64,000 bases of DNA from Clostridium sp. CAG:571 (lineage in GTDB: Bacteria; Bacillota; Clostridia; TANB77; CAG-508), in assembly GCA_000434015.1 (NCBI GenBank), contig HF999505.1, positions 31,585 to 95,584 on the forward strand, given 5' to 3'. Both the position numbers and the translations under genes were made by a program. Below the pieces are notes generated by a model, which made no database searches, was not told the origin of the DNA, and saw nothing but the letters and a program-made list of their open reading frames with translations. Shown piece after piece: positions 44,605 to 55,878 of the stretch; position 1 is the first letter of the stretch, and each line of letters begins with the position of its first letter.

Positions 44605-45930
44605 ATGATATCCCAAATATTATTTTTAGTAATATTAATACTACTAAATGCATATTTTGCAGCAACAGAGATTGCATTTATTTCCTTAAATGATGCAAAA
44701 ATAGAAAAAATGTCAAAAGAAGGAAATAAAAAAGCAAAACAAATTACCAAAATGTTAAAAAACCCAAGCAAGTTTTTGGCAACTATTCAGATAGGAATAA
44801 CTTTGGCAGGATTTTTATCTAGTGCTTTTGCATCAGATACATTTGCAGATATTTTAGCACCTTTTTTAACTCAAGCATTACCAATATTTAGTGTAGAGGT
44901 TTGGAGAGGTATTTCTATTGTTATCATAACTATAATATTATCATTCTTTACATTAGTTTTTGGGGAATTAGTACCAAAGAGATTAGCAATGAAGTATGAT
45001 GAAAAAATAGCTTTTGCAACAATAGGTGTAATAAAAGCAATTTCAATTATAACTGCACCTTTTGTAAAATTACTAACTGCGTCTACAAATTTTGTTTCAA
45101 AAATTTTTGGCGTTACAGAAAATGAAGAAGCAACGATTACAGAAGAAGAAATAAAAATGATGATAGATGAAGGAGAAGAAAAAGGAACAATAAAAGAAGA
45201 AGAAAAAGAAATGATAAATAATGTTTTTGAATTTAATGATACAACAGCAGCCGAAGTTATGACACATAGAACAGATATATTTGCTATAGATATAAATGAT
45301 GATATATATAAAGCTTTAGATAAATTAGATGAATATAAATATAGTAGAATTCCTATATATGATGAAACAATTGATAATATAAAAGGCATACTATTTGTTA
45401 AAGATATATTAAAATCATTAAGTACAAAAAAACAAATAAAAATTAAAAGTTTGATAAGAGATGCATATTTTGTACCTGAATCTAAGCCTATTAATGAAAT
45501 ATTTAAAGATTTACAAAAAAATAAAAAGCAAATGGCAATAGTTGTAGATGAATATGGTGGAACGGCAGGACTTCTTACAATGGAGGATATATTAGAAGAG
45601 TTAGTAGGAAATATTTTTGATGAATATGATGACGTAGAAAATGAATATGAAAAAATAGATGATAATACATTTTTGATTAGTGGAAGTGTATCATTATATG
45701 AATTGAAGAAAATATTAAATACCAATATTCCGGAAGGAGATTATGATACTTTATCAGGATATTTATTAGAAGAATTAGGACGTTTACCAGAAGAGGGAGA
45801 AGAAGCTATAGTTGAAACAAAAGATGTGACATATAAAGTAGAAGAATATGAAGAAAAAAGAATAATGTGGGTAAAAGCTTGTAAAAATAATGAAGCAAAT
45901 ATAGAAAATGAAACTAAAGAAAAAGAATAA
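44605..45930 (+). CDS. hemolysin-family/CNNM protein (DUF21-CBS pair-CorC_HlyC)
   Basis: A four-TM DUF21 domain (NAYFAATEIAFISL), a CBS pair and a C-terminal CorC/HlyC transporter-associated domain. Confidence 0.85.
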   Translation: MISQILFLVILILLNAYFAATEIAFISLNDAKIEKMSKEGNKKAKQITKMLKNPSKFLATIQIGITLAGFLSSAFASDTFADILAPFLTQALPIFSVEVWRGISIVIITIILSFFTLVFGELVPKRLAMKYDEKIAFATIGVIKAISIITAPFVKLLTASTNFVSKIFGVTENEEATITEEEIKMMIDEGEEKGTIKEEEKEMINNVFEFNDTTAAEVMTHRTDIFAIDINDDIYKALDKLDEYKYSRIPIYDETIDNIKGILFVKDILKSLSTKKQIKIKSLIRDAYFVPESKPINEIFKDLQKNKKQMAIVVDEYGGTAGLLTMEDILEELVGNIFDEYDDVENEYEKIDDNTFLISGSVSLYELKKILNTNIPEGDYDTLSGYLLEELGRLPEEGEEAIVETKDVTYKVEEYEEKRIMWVKACKNNEANIENETKEKE

Positions 45931-45947
45931 AAGAAGGTTTGATACAA

Positions 45948-47678
45948 ATGAAGTCAAAAAAAGGATTAATAATATTTTTAATAATTTCGTTAATCATATT
46001 TATCTTTATTTGTTATAATGTATTTTCAAAAAAAGATAAATATAATATAAATTTTGAGGAAATAAACCAAAGACAATACTTTTTAGATTTTGATGAAAAA
46101 TATGGTGTTATTAATAAAGATGGAGAAGAAATAATAGATACTAATTTTGATATGATACAAATTCCAAATCCATCAAAAGATATTTTTGTTTGCATGAGTA
46201 ACTATAATGCTGAAACAGGAAGTTATGAAACAAAGATATATAATAAAAATAGAGAAGAGTTATTTACAGATTATGAAAAGGTAGAAGCAATATCAAGACA
46301 AGAAAGCTTAGATAATATACCTTATGAAAAAAGTGTTTTAAAATACAAGGAAAATGGAAAATATGGATTAATTAATTTAAGTGGGAAAAAAATTACCAAG
46401 CCAATTTATGATGATATTCAAGCTTTAGAATATAAAGAAGGAATGTTAACTGTTAAGCAAAATGACAAGTTTGGGATTATTAATATAAATGGTGATGAAA
46501 TAATAAAGGTTAAGTATGATGGAATACAAGCAGATCAATATTCTTTAAATGAAAATCATAATAAAAAAGCAGGATTTATAGTATCTATAAAAACAAATGA
46601 TGGATATAAGTTTGGATATATAAATTATAAAGGAAAAACTTTATTAGAAACAGAGTACAATGAAATTGCGAGAATCAATTATATAAATGATGATGAAAGT
46701 GTATACTTAGTAGCATTTAAAAATGGACAAGCAGGGTTATTTAAAAATAAATCAAAAGTTCTAGAAAATGAATATGAAGATATACAGTTTGATAATATTA
46801 ACAATTTGTTGATATTACAAAGAAATGGTAAGCAAGGAGTATCAGACTTAGATGGAAAAAAAATTATTCAACTTGAGTATGATAATATAATTATAACAGG
46901 AAATAGTATTAATGCACAAAAAGGAGACGAAGTAACTGTTTTTAATTCAGAAGGTGAAAAATTAAAAAATAGTAATTTTATAAGTGTTCTAGAGACAGAT
47001 AATAAAAATTATTTTATAACAATAGATAAAAATGAAAATTATGGAGTAATAGATAAAGATGATAATGTAATAATTGATAATAAATATACTTTTATAGACT
47101 ACTTATTTGACAATTATTTTGTTGCACAAAATGAGCAAAAAATAGGAATTGTTGATGATAAAGGTAAAGAAGTAATCAAATTTGATTATGATGTATTACA
47201 AAAAATAGAAGGAACAGATTTGATTCAAGGGATAAAAAACGAAAATATTGATTTAATAGATAAAAATATGAAAAAAATATTAACCATGAAGAATGCTCAG
47301 ATTGATATTAAAGAAAACTATATAAAAATTTATAACTCTGAGGATAGAAAATATTTACAATATGATGGCAAAGAAGTTTCGAATATAAATGTTATAAAAG
47401 AGGCAAAACTATTTGCTAAAAAAAGTAATAATAAATGGGGCTTCGTAGATAAAAACGGGAATATAAAAATTCAATATACATACGATATGGTTACTGAACT
47501 AAATGAGTATGGATATGCAGGAATAAAATTAAACGGAAAATGGGGAGTAATTAATTCAGAAGGAAAAATTATTCAAGAACCAATTTATGATTTACAAGAA
47601 TTAGAGCCACAATTCATAGGAAAATATTATAAAGTTGATTTAGGATATGGAGAAAATTTTTATACGAAAGTAAATTAA
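45948..47678 (+). CDS. WG-repeat (KWG) containing protein with N-terminal TM
   Basis: More than 10 repeats of the type KYGVINKDGEEII, KYGLINLSGKKITKPIYDDI, KFGIININGDEII and KWGFVDKNGNIKI. Confidence 0.75.
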   Translation: MKSKKGLIIFLIISLIIFIFICYNVFSKKDKYNINFEEINQRQYFLDFDEKYGVINKDGEEIIDTNFDMIQIPNPSKDIFVCMSNYNAETGSYETKIYNKNREELFTDYEKVEAISRQESLDNIPYEKSVLKYKENGKYGLINLSGKKITKPIYDDIQALEYKEGMLTVKQNDKFGIININGDEIIKVKYDGIQADQYSLNENHNKKAGFIVSIKTNDGYKFGYINYKGKTLLETEYNEIARINYINDDESVYLVAFKNGQAGLFKNKSKVLENEYEDIQFDNINNLLILQRNGKQGVSDLDGKKIIQLEYDNIIITGNSINAQKGDEVTVFNSEGEKLKNSNFISVLETDNKNYFITIDKNENYGVIDKDDNVIIDNKYTFIDYLFDNYFVAQNEQKIGIVDDKGKEVIKFDYDVLQKIEGTDLIQGIKNENIDLIDKNMKKILTMKNAQIDIKENYIKIYNSEDRKYLQYDGKEVSNINVIKEAKLFAKKSNNKWGFVDKNGNIKIQYTYDMVTELNEYGYAGIKLNGKWGVINSEGKIIQEPIYDLQELEPQFIGKYYKVDLGYGENFYTKVN

Positions 47679-47720
47679 AAATACATTGTAGAAGATATTA
47701 TAAAGAAGGGATGAAGTAAA

Positions 47721-48966
47721 GTGTATAGTAAATTAGGAATTAGTGAAGATGTAGTTAACTTATCAAAAAAAGTTGAAATAGAAATAAAACCAATATTTGA
47801 AAAAATAGATGAAGTATGTGAATATAATTCTTTAAAAGTTTTAGAAGCTTTTCAAAAATATAATATATCAGACATGCATTTTGGAAGTACAACAGGATAT
47901 GGATATGGAGATATAGGAAGAGACACAATAGAAAAAGTATTTGCAAGAGTTTTAGGAACAGAAGATACTATTGTAAGATCTCAATTTATATCAGGAACAC
48001 ATGCGTTAACTGTAGCATTATTTGCTTTTTTAAGACCAAATGATACATTTTTAAGTATAAGTGGAAAACCATATGACACATTAGATGAAGTGATTGGTAT
48101 TCAAGAAAATAAAAGTTCTTTAAAATCATTTGGAGTTAAGTATGAACAAATCGACTTAATAGATAGTGATTTTGATTATGAAGAAATAGAAAAAAGAGTA
48201 AAAAAAGGAAATGTAAAATTAATAGAGATACAACGTTCTAGAGGATATGCTTTAAGAAAGAGTATTAGTTTAGAAAAAATAGAAAAAGTTATTAAATTAA
48301 TAAAAAGTGTTAATAATGAAGCAATTATAATGGTTGACAATTGTTATGGTGAATTTGTAGATAAAATAGAACCAACTCATTTAGGAGCAGATGTAATAGT
48401 TGGCTCTTTAATAAAAAATTTAGGAGGAGGAATTGCACCTAATGGAGCATATATTGCAGGAAAAGAAGAATTAGTAAATTTAGCAGCTGAAAGATTAACT
48501 GCACCAGGACTTGGAAAAGAAGTAGGACCTACATTAGGAATAAATAAATCTATTTTGCAAGGTTTGTTTTTGGCACCAAGTGTTGTTGCAAGTAGTTTAA
48601 AAACGGCAGTTTTTGCAAGTAAAATGTTAGAAAATTTAGGCTATAAATTAGACCCTGAGTTTAATGAAAAAAGATCAGATATTGTTCAAACTATAGAGTT
48701 TGGAGATAAAGAAAAGTTAATAAAATATTGTCAAGGGATACAAATGGGATCACCAATAGATTCAAATTCTATACCAGAACCTTGGGATATGCCAGGATAT
48801 ACAGATCAAGTTATTATGGCAGCAGGAGCATTTACTCAACGGTTCATCGATAGAACTTAGTTGTGACGCTCCAATACGTGCACCATATGTCGCTTTTATG
48901 CAAGGAGGATTGACTTATCAATATGGCAAAATTGGTGTAATGAAGGCAATACAAAATATAATTTAG
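47721..48966 (+). CDS. YnbB/aluminium-resistance family PLP enzyme (Met_gamma_lyase-like), frame interrupted by extra C at 48840
   Basis: GTG start. GSTTGYGYGDIGRDTIEKVFA..SGTHAL..GSLIKNLGGGIAP. Skipping C48840 extends it as ..AAGAFTQ-GSSIELSCDAPIRAPYVAFMQGGLTYQYGKIGVMKAIQNII. Confidence 0.8.
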
Positions 48967-48969
48967 TAG

Positions 48970-50274
48970 GTGAAAAATTTGAAAGTAGTAATAATTGGTG
49001 GAGGACCTGCTGGAATGATGAGTGCAATTACAGCAGCTGAAAGAGGAAATAATGTAATCTTATTTGAAAAAATGAAAACTCTAGGAAGAAAACTACTAAT
49101 TACCGGAAAAGGAAGATGCAATATAACAAGTAGCATTGATATTAAAGATTTTATACAAAATGTACCTGGAAATGGTAAGTTTTTATATAGTAGTTTTCAA
49201 AATTATACTAATAGAGATATTATTGATTTCCTAAATAAACAAGGAGTAAAAGTAAAAGAAGAAAGAGGAAATAGAATGTTTCCTGTAAGTGATAAATCTA
49301 AAAGTGTATTAGATGCTTTTATAAATAAACTAAATGAATTAAAAGTAGATATTAGAGTAAATAGTAGAGTGACTAAAATAGAAGTACAAGATGGAAAGGT
49401 AGTAGGAATAAGATATAATAATAATATATTAGAAAAAGCAGATAAAATAATTATTGCAACAGGAGGTTTAAGTTATCCTGCAACAGGTTCTACAGGTGAT
49501 GGATATAAAATTGTACAAGAATTAGGACATAATATAACAAAAATAAAACCATCATTAGTACCAATAATTGTGGCTGATAAGAATATAGAAACACAGGAAA
49601 GTATAAAAAAATCTAAATATAGAGATTCAATAAATTTATGTAAAGAACTACAAGGGTTAACATTAAAAAATGTTTCAATAAAAATAATAAATAATGACAA
49701 TAAAAAGATTATATATGAAGATTTTGGCGAAATGATTTTTACTCATTTTGGAGTTTCTGGTCCAATAATATTAAGTGGTTCTGCACATCTTTTGAGATAT
49801 AAAAATGTTGAAGAATTATTTAATAAAGGAAGTATCAAACTAATTATTGATTTAAAGCCTGCATTAACTTATGAGAAATTAGATTCAAGAGTATTAAGAG
49901 ATTTTAATGCAGAAAAAAATAAATTATTTAGAAATGCACTTGATAATTTATTGCCTAAAAAGCTAATTGAGCCAGTAATAGAGCTTAGTGGTATAAATGA
50001 AAATAAAAGAGTAAATGAAATAACAAAAGAAGAGCGAAAAGAAATTGTAAAAATATTAAAAGAATTTACAATTACATTAAAAGCATTTAGAAGTATAGAT
50101 GATGCTATAATTACAGCAGGCGGAGTTGATATAAAGCAAATAAATCCGAAAACTATGGAATCAAAATTAGTTAAGGGTTTGTTCTTTGCAGGAGAAATTA
50201 TAGATGTTGATGCATATACAGGAGGTTTTAATCTTCAAATTGCATATAGTACAGGATATACAGCGGGTTTATAA
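48970..50274 (+). CDS. NAD(P)/FAD-dependent oxidoreductase, HI0933/YhiN (BaiN-like) family
   Basis: VVIIGGGPAGMM, GKGRCNIT and the C-terminal GEIIDVDAYTGGFNLQIAYSTG. Confidence 0.85.
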   Translation: MKNLKVVIIGGGPAGMMSAITAAERGNNVILFEKMKTLGRKLLITGKGRCNITSSIDIKDFIQNVPGNGKFLYSSFQNYTNRDIIDFLNKQGVKVKEERGNRMFPVSDKSKSVLDAFINKLNELKVDIRVNSRVTKIEVQDGKVVGIRYNNNILEKADKIIIATGGLSYPATGSTGDGYKIVQELGHNITKIKPSLVPIIVADKNIETQESIKKSKYRDSINLCKELQGLTLKNVSIKIINNDNKKIIYEDFGEMIFTHFGVSGPIILSGSAHLLRYKNVEELFNKGSIKLIIDLKPALTYEKLDSRVLRDFNAEKNKLFRNALDNLLPKKLIEPVIELSGINENKRVNEITKEERKEIVKILKEFTITLKAFRSIDDAIITAGGVDIKQINPKTMESKLVKGLFFAGEIIDVDAYTGGFNLQIAYSTGYTAGL

Positions 50275-50302
50275 AAAGAACGATAATTTAGAGAGGAAAT
50301 GT

Positions 50303-50938
50303 ATGTTTAAAACAATAAAAGAAGAACATGTCGAAGCAGAGATTGTAGAAAAAAAATCAAAGTTTATTGCTAATATATTTTATGTTAATACTACAGAAAT
50401 GGCAGAAGACATAATAAAAAAAACGAATAAAAAATATTTTGATGCAAGACATAATTGCTATGCGTATTCTATAAAAAATATAAATGAAAATGTAAAAAGA
50501 TTTAGTGATGACGGTGAACCAAGTGGAACTGCTGGTGCACCAATTTTAAATATTATAGAAAAAAATGAAATAAATAATATTTTAGTTATAGTGACAAGAT
50601 ATTTTGGAGGAATATTACTTGGAACTGGTGGATTAGTTAGAGCATATTCTGAAGCAACAATGAGAGCTTTAGAAAGGGTAACATATGCTAATGAAGAATG
50701 TGGAATGGAAATGTTAATTACCATAAGTTATAGTGATTTTGAAAATTTTAAATATTTTTGTAGGAAAAAAAATATTTCTATTATTAATACAACATATAAT
50801 AAGTATATAGAATGTACGATAGAGGTTAATAACGAGGAAAAACAAAATATAATAGATAATAATGAAAAAAATAATTTTAATATACTAAATAATAAAGTTA
50901 TAAAAGAAAAAAACATCAGAAAAAACATTGAAATATAA
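50303..50938 (+). CDS. YigZ/IMPACT family protein
   Basis: KKSKFIANIFYV..ARHNCYAY....FSDDGEPSGTAGAPIL..VTRYFGGILLGTGGLVRAY. ATG 50303 lies behind gagaggaa. Confidence 0.85.
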   Translation: MFKTIKEEHVEAEIVEKKSKFIANIFYVNTTEMAEDIIKKTNKKYFDARHNCYAYSIKNINENVKRFSDDGEPSGTAGAPILNIIEKNEINNILVIVTRYFGGILLGTGGLVRAYSEATMRALERVTYANEECGMEMLITISYSDFENFKYFCRKKNISIINTTYNKYIECTIEVNNEEKQNIIDNNEKNNFNILNNKVIKEKNIRKNIEI

Positions 50939-51053
50939 ACGAAAAAACAGAAAATTAGAAAAAATTTCCAGAAAACTATTGCAAATTTCTGGAAAACAGT
51001 TTATAATTTCAATTGTAAAATATTTACAAATTTATTAACAGGGGGAATTTAGT

Positions 51054-51872
51054 GTGAAAGAGAAAATTACGGTTTTAATTGCTGATGATAATAATGAGTT
51101 CGCTATGACTTTAGCAAGTTATTTAGAAAATGATGAAGAAATGGAAGTTATAGGTATGGCAAAAAACGGAAACGAAGCATTTGATATGATTGTTAGTACA
51201 AGACCTGACATAGTATTATTAGATGTAATTATGCCACATCTAGATGGACTAGGTGTATTAGAAAAATTAAATGCTATACATATGGATAAACTACCACTTT
51301 GCATTATGCTTTCAGCAGTAGGACAAGATAAAATTACTCAAAGAGCAATTAATTTAGGAGCTCAATACTATGTTGTAAAACCAATAGATATAAATTTATT
51401 AATAAAAAGAGTAAAAGATTTAAAATATTTCCAACCTTCTCAAAATAAAAATAATTTTATAAATAGAGAAATAAAAGCTCAATATATAGAAATAGATTCA
51501 GAAAATAAAAAGTCAGAAGAAAATTTAGAAGCACTAGTAACTAATATTATTCATGAAGTAGGAGTACCGGCACATATAAAAGGATATCAATATTTAAGAG
51601 AAGCGATAATGATGGTTGTAAATGATATTGATGTAATTAATCAAATTACTAAACAATTATATCCAGATATAGCAATAAAATATAAAACAACACCGTCAAG
51701 AGTTGAACGTGCTATTCGTCATGCAATAGAAGTGGCATGGGGAAGAGGGCAAACAGATACAGTTGAAAATATATTTGGATATACAGTATCAGCAAGTAAA
51801 GGAAAGCCTACAAATTCAGAGTTTATAGCAATGATTGCTGATAAGTTGAGATTAGAATTGAAAAGTGCATAA
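51054..51872 (+). CDS. spo0A: sporulation master regulator Spo0A
   Basis: GTG start. The receiver domain has [11 protein letters not shown]. The C-terminal Spo0A_C domain has [60 protein letters not shown]. Confidence 0.95.
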   Translation: MKEKITVLIADDNNEFAMTLASYLENDEEMEVIGMAKNGNEAFDMIVSTRPDIVLLDVIMPHLDGLGVLEKLNAIHMDKLPLCIMLSAVGQDKITQRAINLGAQYYVVKPIDINLLIKRVKDLKYFQPSQNKNNFINREIKAQYIEIDSENKKSEENLEALVTNIIHEVGVPAHIKGYQYLREAIMMVVNDIDVINQITKQLYPDIAIKYKTTPSRVERAIRHAIEVAWGRGQTDTVENIFGYTVSASKGKPTNSEFIAMIADKLRLELKSA

Positions 51873-51979
51873 TAATATATACAGAAAAATAAAGAATAAG
51901 GTAAAGATTTGTAAAGCAAATTGAATAAGTTTGCTTCACGAATTTTTATCTTATTTTTTGGTAAAAATATACTTTTTTA

Positions 51980-52016
51980 TTGACAAAATAAAAAAACGAG
52001 AGTATACTAATATACT
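51980..52016 (+). promoter_or_regulatory. promoter (TTGACA-17-TATACT) overlapped by a palindromic operator AGTATA-ctaa-TATACT
   Basis: ttgaca at 51980-51985 and tatact at 52003-52008. A perfect 6-4-6 inverted repeat lies at 52001-52016, directly upstream of the TetR gene. Confidence 0.6.
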
Positions 52017-52043
52017 AGAACGGTATACAAGAGGTGGTAGAAA

Positions 52044-52622
52044 ATGAAAGAAGAGCAAATTATAGAAGCAGCAAGAGATTTATTTTCAACATATGGTTAT
52101 AAAAGAGTATCAATGGATGAAATTGCCAAAAGAGCAAATGTAACTAAAAAAACTGTATATTCGTATTTTAAAAGCAAGGAAGAATTATTAAAATATTGTA
52201 TTAATGATGAAATCAAGAAAATGAAAAAAATAGTTGAAGAAACAGAAGATAAAAAGGTTTCATTTTTTAAAAATGTTCATAATGTAATCTTTCGCTTATT
52301 AGAATATAAATCAGAAAGTAAGTTTTTGAAAAGTATAATTACAGAATCAGAAATTTTTGGAAACAATGTAATAATAGACAATTTAAAACAAATCGATAAG
52401 GAAATTAGAAGTTACATAAGTCGTAGATTACAAGAAGCAATAGACAAAAAATACATTGAAGTAGATGATGTTGAAATTACTGCCTTTTTAATTTACAAAA
52501 TGTATATTGCATTAATGTTTGAATGGTCTGATACCAAAATTGATAAACAAAAGATGGCAGATACAATTATAAAAATATTAAGGGATGGATTAGAAAGAAA
52601 GAAGGATGTTAAAGATGAATAA
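52044..52622 (+). CDS. TetR/AcrR family transcriptional regulator
   Basis: N-terminal HTH: AARDLFSTYGYKRVSMDEIAKRANVTKKTVYSYFKSKEEL. Confidence 0.9.
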   Translation: MKEEQIIEAARDLFSTYGYKRVSMDEIAKRANVTKKTVYSYFKSKEELLKYCINDEIKKMKKIVEETEDKKVSFFKNVHNVIFRLLEYKSESKFLKSIITESEIFGNNVIIDNLKQIDKEIRSYISRRLQEAIDKKYIEVDDVEITAFLIYKMYIALMFEWSDTKIDKQKMADTIIKILRDGLERKKDVKDE

Positions 52623-54714
52623 AAGTAAATTTATGAAGACTATTATTTTTATAGTAATTTTATTAATTCCTGTAATTTATAGCTTTTTTTATTTAAAGTC
52701 TTATTGGGATCCATATGGAAATTTACAGGATTTAAAAGTTGCAATTGTTAATTTAGACAAAGGAGAAGATGACCAAAACCAAGGAAATGAACTAGTACAA
52801 TCACTAATAGATTCAGGAACCATAAAAATATGTACAGTAAGCGAAGATGAAGCTCAAGATGGACTAGTAAATGGAAGGTATTATGCTAAAATTACAATTC
52901 CAGAAGATTTTACAAAATCTTTAAATAATGCTGAAAATGCAGATAGAGAAAAAACTGTAATTACGTATTCTCCAAATAAAAAATCAAATTATCTTGCATA
53001 TCAAATTATAAATAATGTTGTAACTAAAACAGAATTAAGTTTGCAAGCAAAAGTTTCTGAAAAAGTAGTTGCATCGCTAAAAGAAAAATTAGAAGAAGTA
53101 CCAACAAAGATGGAAGAAATAAATGATGGTGTTGGTAAAGTTAAAGATGGTGCGGACACACTAAATGGTGGACTAAAAACGCTTGAAGATGGAACTAATA
53201 CATTAAAAACAAATTATGATAAATTTGATACAGGTATTACAAGTAGTTATGAAGGTAGCAAATCTTTAGAAAGTGGAATGAATTCTGTAAAAGAAGGTAC
53301 ACAAAGTTTAGTTAATGGTACGAATGATTTAAGTAGTGCAGTAAGCCAAATACAAGCAGGTACACAAGAACTTTCTTCTAAAACAGGAAATGGTATACAA
53401 GCAATAAATTCAGGGGTTACTAAATTAGCTGAAGGAAGTAATAATTTAGACTCAAGTTTAGGAAAATATGTAACAGGTGTTAATAATTTAAATGAAAAAA
53501 ATGAACAAATAATAGATGGAGTTATAGCAATGGGAAAAAAATCTCCAGAATTATTACAAAATACAGATTTTCAAAAATTATATTATGGTGCAACACAAAT
53601 TAAACAAAGTGGAAGTTATGAAACAATAACACAATCTGGAAAACAGATAAAAGCTGGTTCTGAAAGTGTAAAAAGTGGAATGACAAGTTTAAAATCTAGC
53701 ATGTCTAGTGTGGAACAGATTGCTACAGGAATACAAAAACTAAATTTAGCAACTAGCCAAGTAAATGAGGGAGTAAAGAAACTAAGTGCAGGTACAAATT
53801 CATTAAATTTGGGAGTAAGTAAAGTTCAAGAAGGTACAAAAACTTTAAATAATGGACTTCAAACTTTAAGTTCTAGTTCTAAAGATGTAAAACAAGGAAT
53901 ATCAAAATTAGCTGAAGGAAGTAAACAAGCATATGATGGTGGTATTACATTAAGTAATGGTGTTAATACATTACAAACTGAAATATCAACAGGTATTGAT
54001 GATACTAAAAAAGAACTAACAAAATTAGATGGACTTGATACTTATACAGAAGATCCTATTGAAATTAAAGAAGAAAGTTATGGAGAAGTAGATAAATATG
54101 GTATATCATTTACACCACTATTTTTATCTATAGGTTTATGGGTAGGAGCTCTTATGTCTTATGTAATATTATATTATGATCAAGAGAAGAGATATAAGTT
54201 ATTAGGAAAATTTGCAGATAATAAATTATTACAAATTGCTTTATATTTAGGAATAGCAATAATACAAGGTTTAGTAACAGGAGCTTTGTTAAAATGGGGA
54301 TTAGGATTTAATGTTCAAAACACAGCATTATATTATGCATCTTGTGCTATAATTGCAATAGCTTTTATGAGCGTAATTCAATTTTTAATTATGAACTTTG
54401 GTGATATAGGTAAATTTATAGCATTGATTGTGTTAGTATTACAATTAGCAGCTTCAGGAGGAACATTCCCAGTAGAAACAATTAATAAAGGATTCCAAGC
54501 ATTTACAAACTTCTTACCAATGACATATGCAATTAGATTATTAAAGGAATCTTTAATTTTAATGGATACAGGATTTGCTAGTAAAAATATATTAGTACTT
54601 TCTATATTTACAATGGCATCATTGCTAATTACAGTAATTGTTACAATAATAAAAGGAAAAAAAGTAAAAAAGGATAGTATTAAAGAAAATAAAGAGGCAA
54701 ATGTAAAAGCATAA
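52615..54714 (+). CDS. YhgE/Pip domain membrane protein
   Basis: N-terminal TM plus YLKSYWDPYGNL..KVAIVNLDKG, a long helical repeat region (GTN.L..G) and a C-terminal ABC-2-like multi-TM domain. It overlaps the tetR stop. Confidence 0.85.
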   Translation: MNKSKFMKTIIFIVILLIPVIYSFFYLKSYWDPYGNLQDLKVAIVNLDKGEDDQNQGNELVQSLIDSGTIKICTVSEDEAQDGLVNGRYYAKITIPEDFTKSLNNAENADREKTVITYSPNKKSNYLAYQIINNVVTKTELSLQAKVSEKVVASLKEKLEEVPTKMEEINDGVGKVKDGADTLNGGLKTLEDGTNTLKTNYDKFDTGITSSYEGSKSLESGMNSVKEGTQSLVNGTNDLSSAVSQIQAGTQELSSKTGNGIQAINSGVTKLAEGSNNLDSSLGKYVTGVNNLNEKNEQIIDGVIAMGKKSPELLQNTDFQKLYYGATQIKQSGSYETITQSGKQIKAGSESVKSGMTSLKSSMSSVEQIATGIQKLNLATSQVNEGVKKLSAGTNSLNLGVSKVQEGTKTLNNGLQTLSSSSKDVKQGISKLAEGSKQAYDGGITLSNGVNTLQTEISTGIDDTKKELTKLDGLDTYTEDPIEIKEESYGEVDKYGISFTPLFLSIGLWVGALMSYVILYYDQEKRYKLLGKFADNKLLQIALYLGIAIIQGLVTGALLKWGLGFNVQNTALYYASCAIIAIAFMSVIQFLIMNFGDIGKFIALIVLVLQLAASGGTFPVETINKGFQAFTNFLPMTYAIRLLKESLILMDTGFASKNILVLSIFTMASLLITVIVTIIKGKKVKKDSIKENKEANVKA

Positions 54715-54955
54715 TGTAAAAAAATAAAAAAGATTATTAAAATAATATTTTAATAATCTTTTTTTATTTAAGAGGATAACAGTGGATTAATTATGAAATT
54801 TTTGTATAATATAAAATATAAAATTAAATTTATACATTATAATATATAAATAGTAAATTAATTGATTGTAAAATAAATGATAAATTTATAGTAGACAATA
54901 ATGTAGAAAAATGTTAGAATATAATATAGTAATAAATGTAGGAGGAGATGTTTTT

Positions 54956-55360
54956 ATGATTTGTAATAATTGCAATACAAATAATAATGACGGTGCAAAA
55001 TATTGTGTAAGTTGTGGGAAAGAATTAGAACCACAAGTTGTAGTTCAAAACCAACAAAATATGGGAAATAATATTGAAAGTCCAAAGTACAATGCTACTA
55101 GCTCAATTATAGCAATAATAGTTTCAGTTCTTTGTTGTACAGGATTGATTGGTATTGTTTTTGCAATATTGTCATTAGTAGAAGGTTCAAAAGTAAAGAA
55201 TTTTGTACAACAAGGAAATTTGCAAGCAGCAAATGCTAGTTTAGAACAAGCAAAAAAATGGAATAAAATTTCTTGGATAATAATAGCAGTTTTTGGTGTA
55301 ATCAGTTTATTATTGATAATAGTAAATGTAATAATTGCAGTAATTAGTAATATAGATTAA
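54956..55360 (+). CDS. zinc-ribbon + CD225/dispanin-like (or DUF4190-like) membrane protein, paralog 1
   Basis: MICNNCNTNNNDGAKYCVSCGKEL, a Q/N linker, then PKYNATSSIIAIIVSVLCCTGLIGIVFAILSLVEGSKV...AKKWNKISWI. Confidence 0.65.
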   Translation: MICNNCNTNNNDGAKYCVSCGKELEPQVVVQNQQNMGNNIESPKYNATSSIIAIIVSVLCCTGLIGIVFAILSLVEGSKVKNFVQQGNLQAANASLEQAKKWNKISWIIIAVFGVISLLLIIVNVIIAVISNID

Positions 55361-55386
55361 TAAAAAATTAAAGGGGTTAAATAAAT

Positions 55387-55869
55387 ATGATTTGTAATAA
55401 ATGTTATTATAATAATGATGATAATTCTATGTTTTGTATAAAATGTGGAGAAAAACTTAAAGATACATCTACAAATGTTGTAAATAATAATCAACAAGCA
55501 ACTCAAAACGTGACATCACAAAATAATAATCAACAACCAGTTCAAAATGTATCAGCACAAAATAATATGGGAAATGTACCTAAATATAATTCTGCAAGTG
55601 CAATCGTTGCATTAATTGCTTCTTTTTTGTGTTGTACTAATGTTATTGGTATAGTTTTTGCAGTACTATCATTAATTGAAGGTTCAAAAGTAAGTCAATT
55701 TGTTCAATTTGGTGATATGATTTCTGCTAACAATAGTTTAGTTCAAGCAAAAAAATGGGTTAAATATGCATGGATTGCAACTGGTGTTGTAGCGGTTTTA
55801 GCTGTAATATTTTATATTGTATATTTTGTATTTATTTTAGGAATTACTATTTTTTCAAATAATTATTAA
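55387..55869 (+). CDS. zinc-ribbon + CD225/dispanin-like membrane protein, paralog 2
   Basis: MICNKCYYNNDDNSMFCIKCGEKL, a Q/N linker, then PKYNSASAIVALIASFLCCTNVIGIVFAVLSLIEGSKV...AKKWVKYAWI. This is the same architecture as the upstream gene. Confidence 0.65.
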   Translation: MICNKCYYNNDDNSMFCIKCGEKLKDTSTNVVNNNQQATQNVTSQNNNQQPVQNVSAQNNMGNVPKYNSASAIVALIASFLCCTNVIGIVFAVLSLIEGSKVSQFVQFGDMISANNSLVQAKKWVKYAWIATGVVAVLAVIFYIVYFVFILGITIFSNNY

Positions 55870-55878
55870 AAGTGATGT

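Noticed and set aside
44871-45725. Long antisense ORFs in the track: 284 aa at 44871..45725, 216 aa at 42717..43367, 146 aa at 32245..32685, 155 aa at 35341..35808, 133 aa at 62162..62563, and many of 60-130 aa.
   Set aside because: All lie opposite well-supported genes and have no RBS. They encode low-complexity S/F/I/L-rich strings, which is typical of the reverse complement of purine-rich AT-biased coding sequence. They are not genes.
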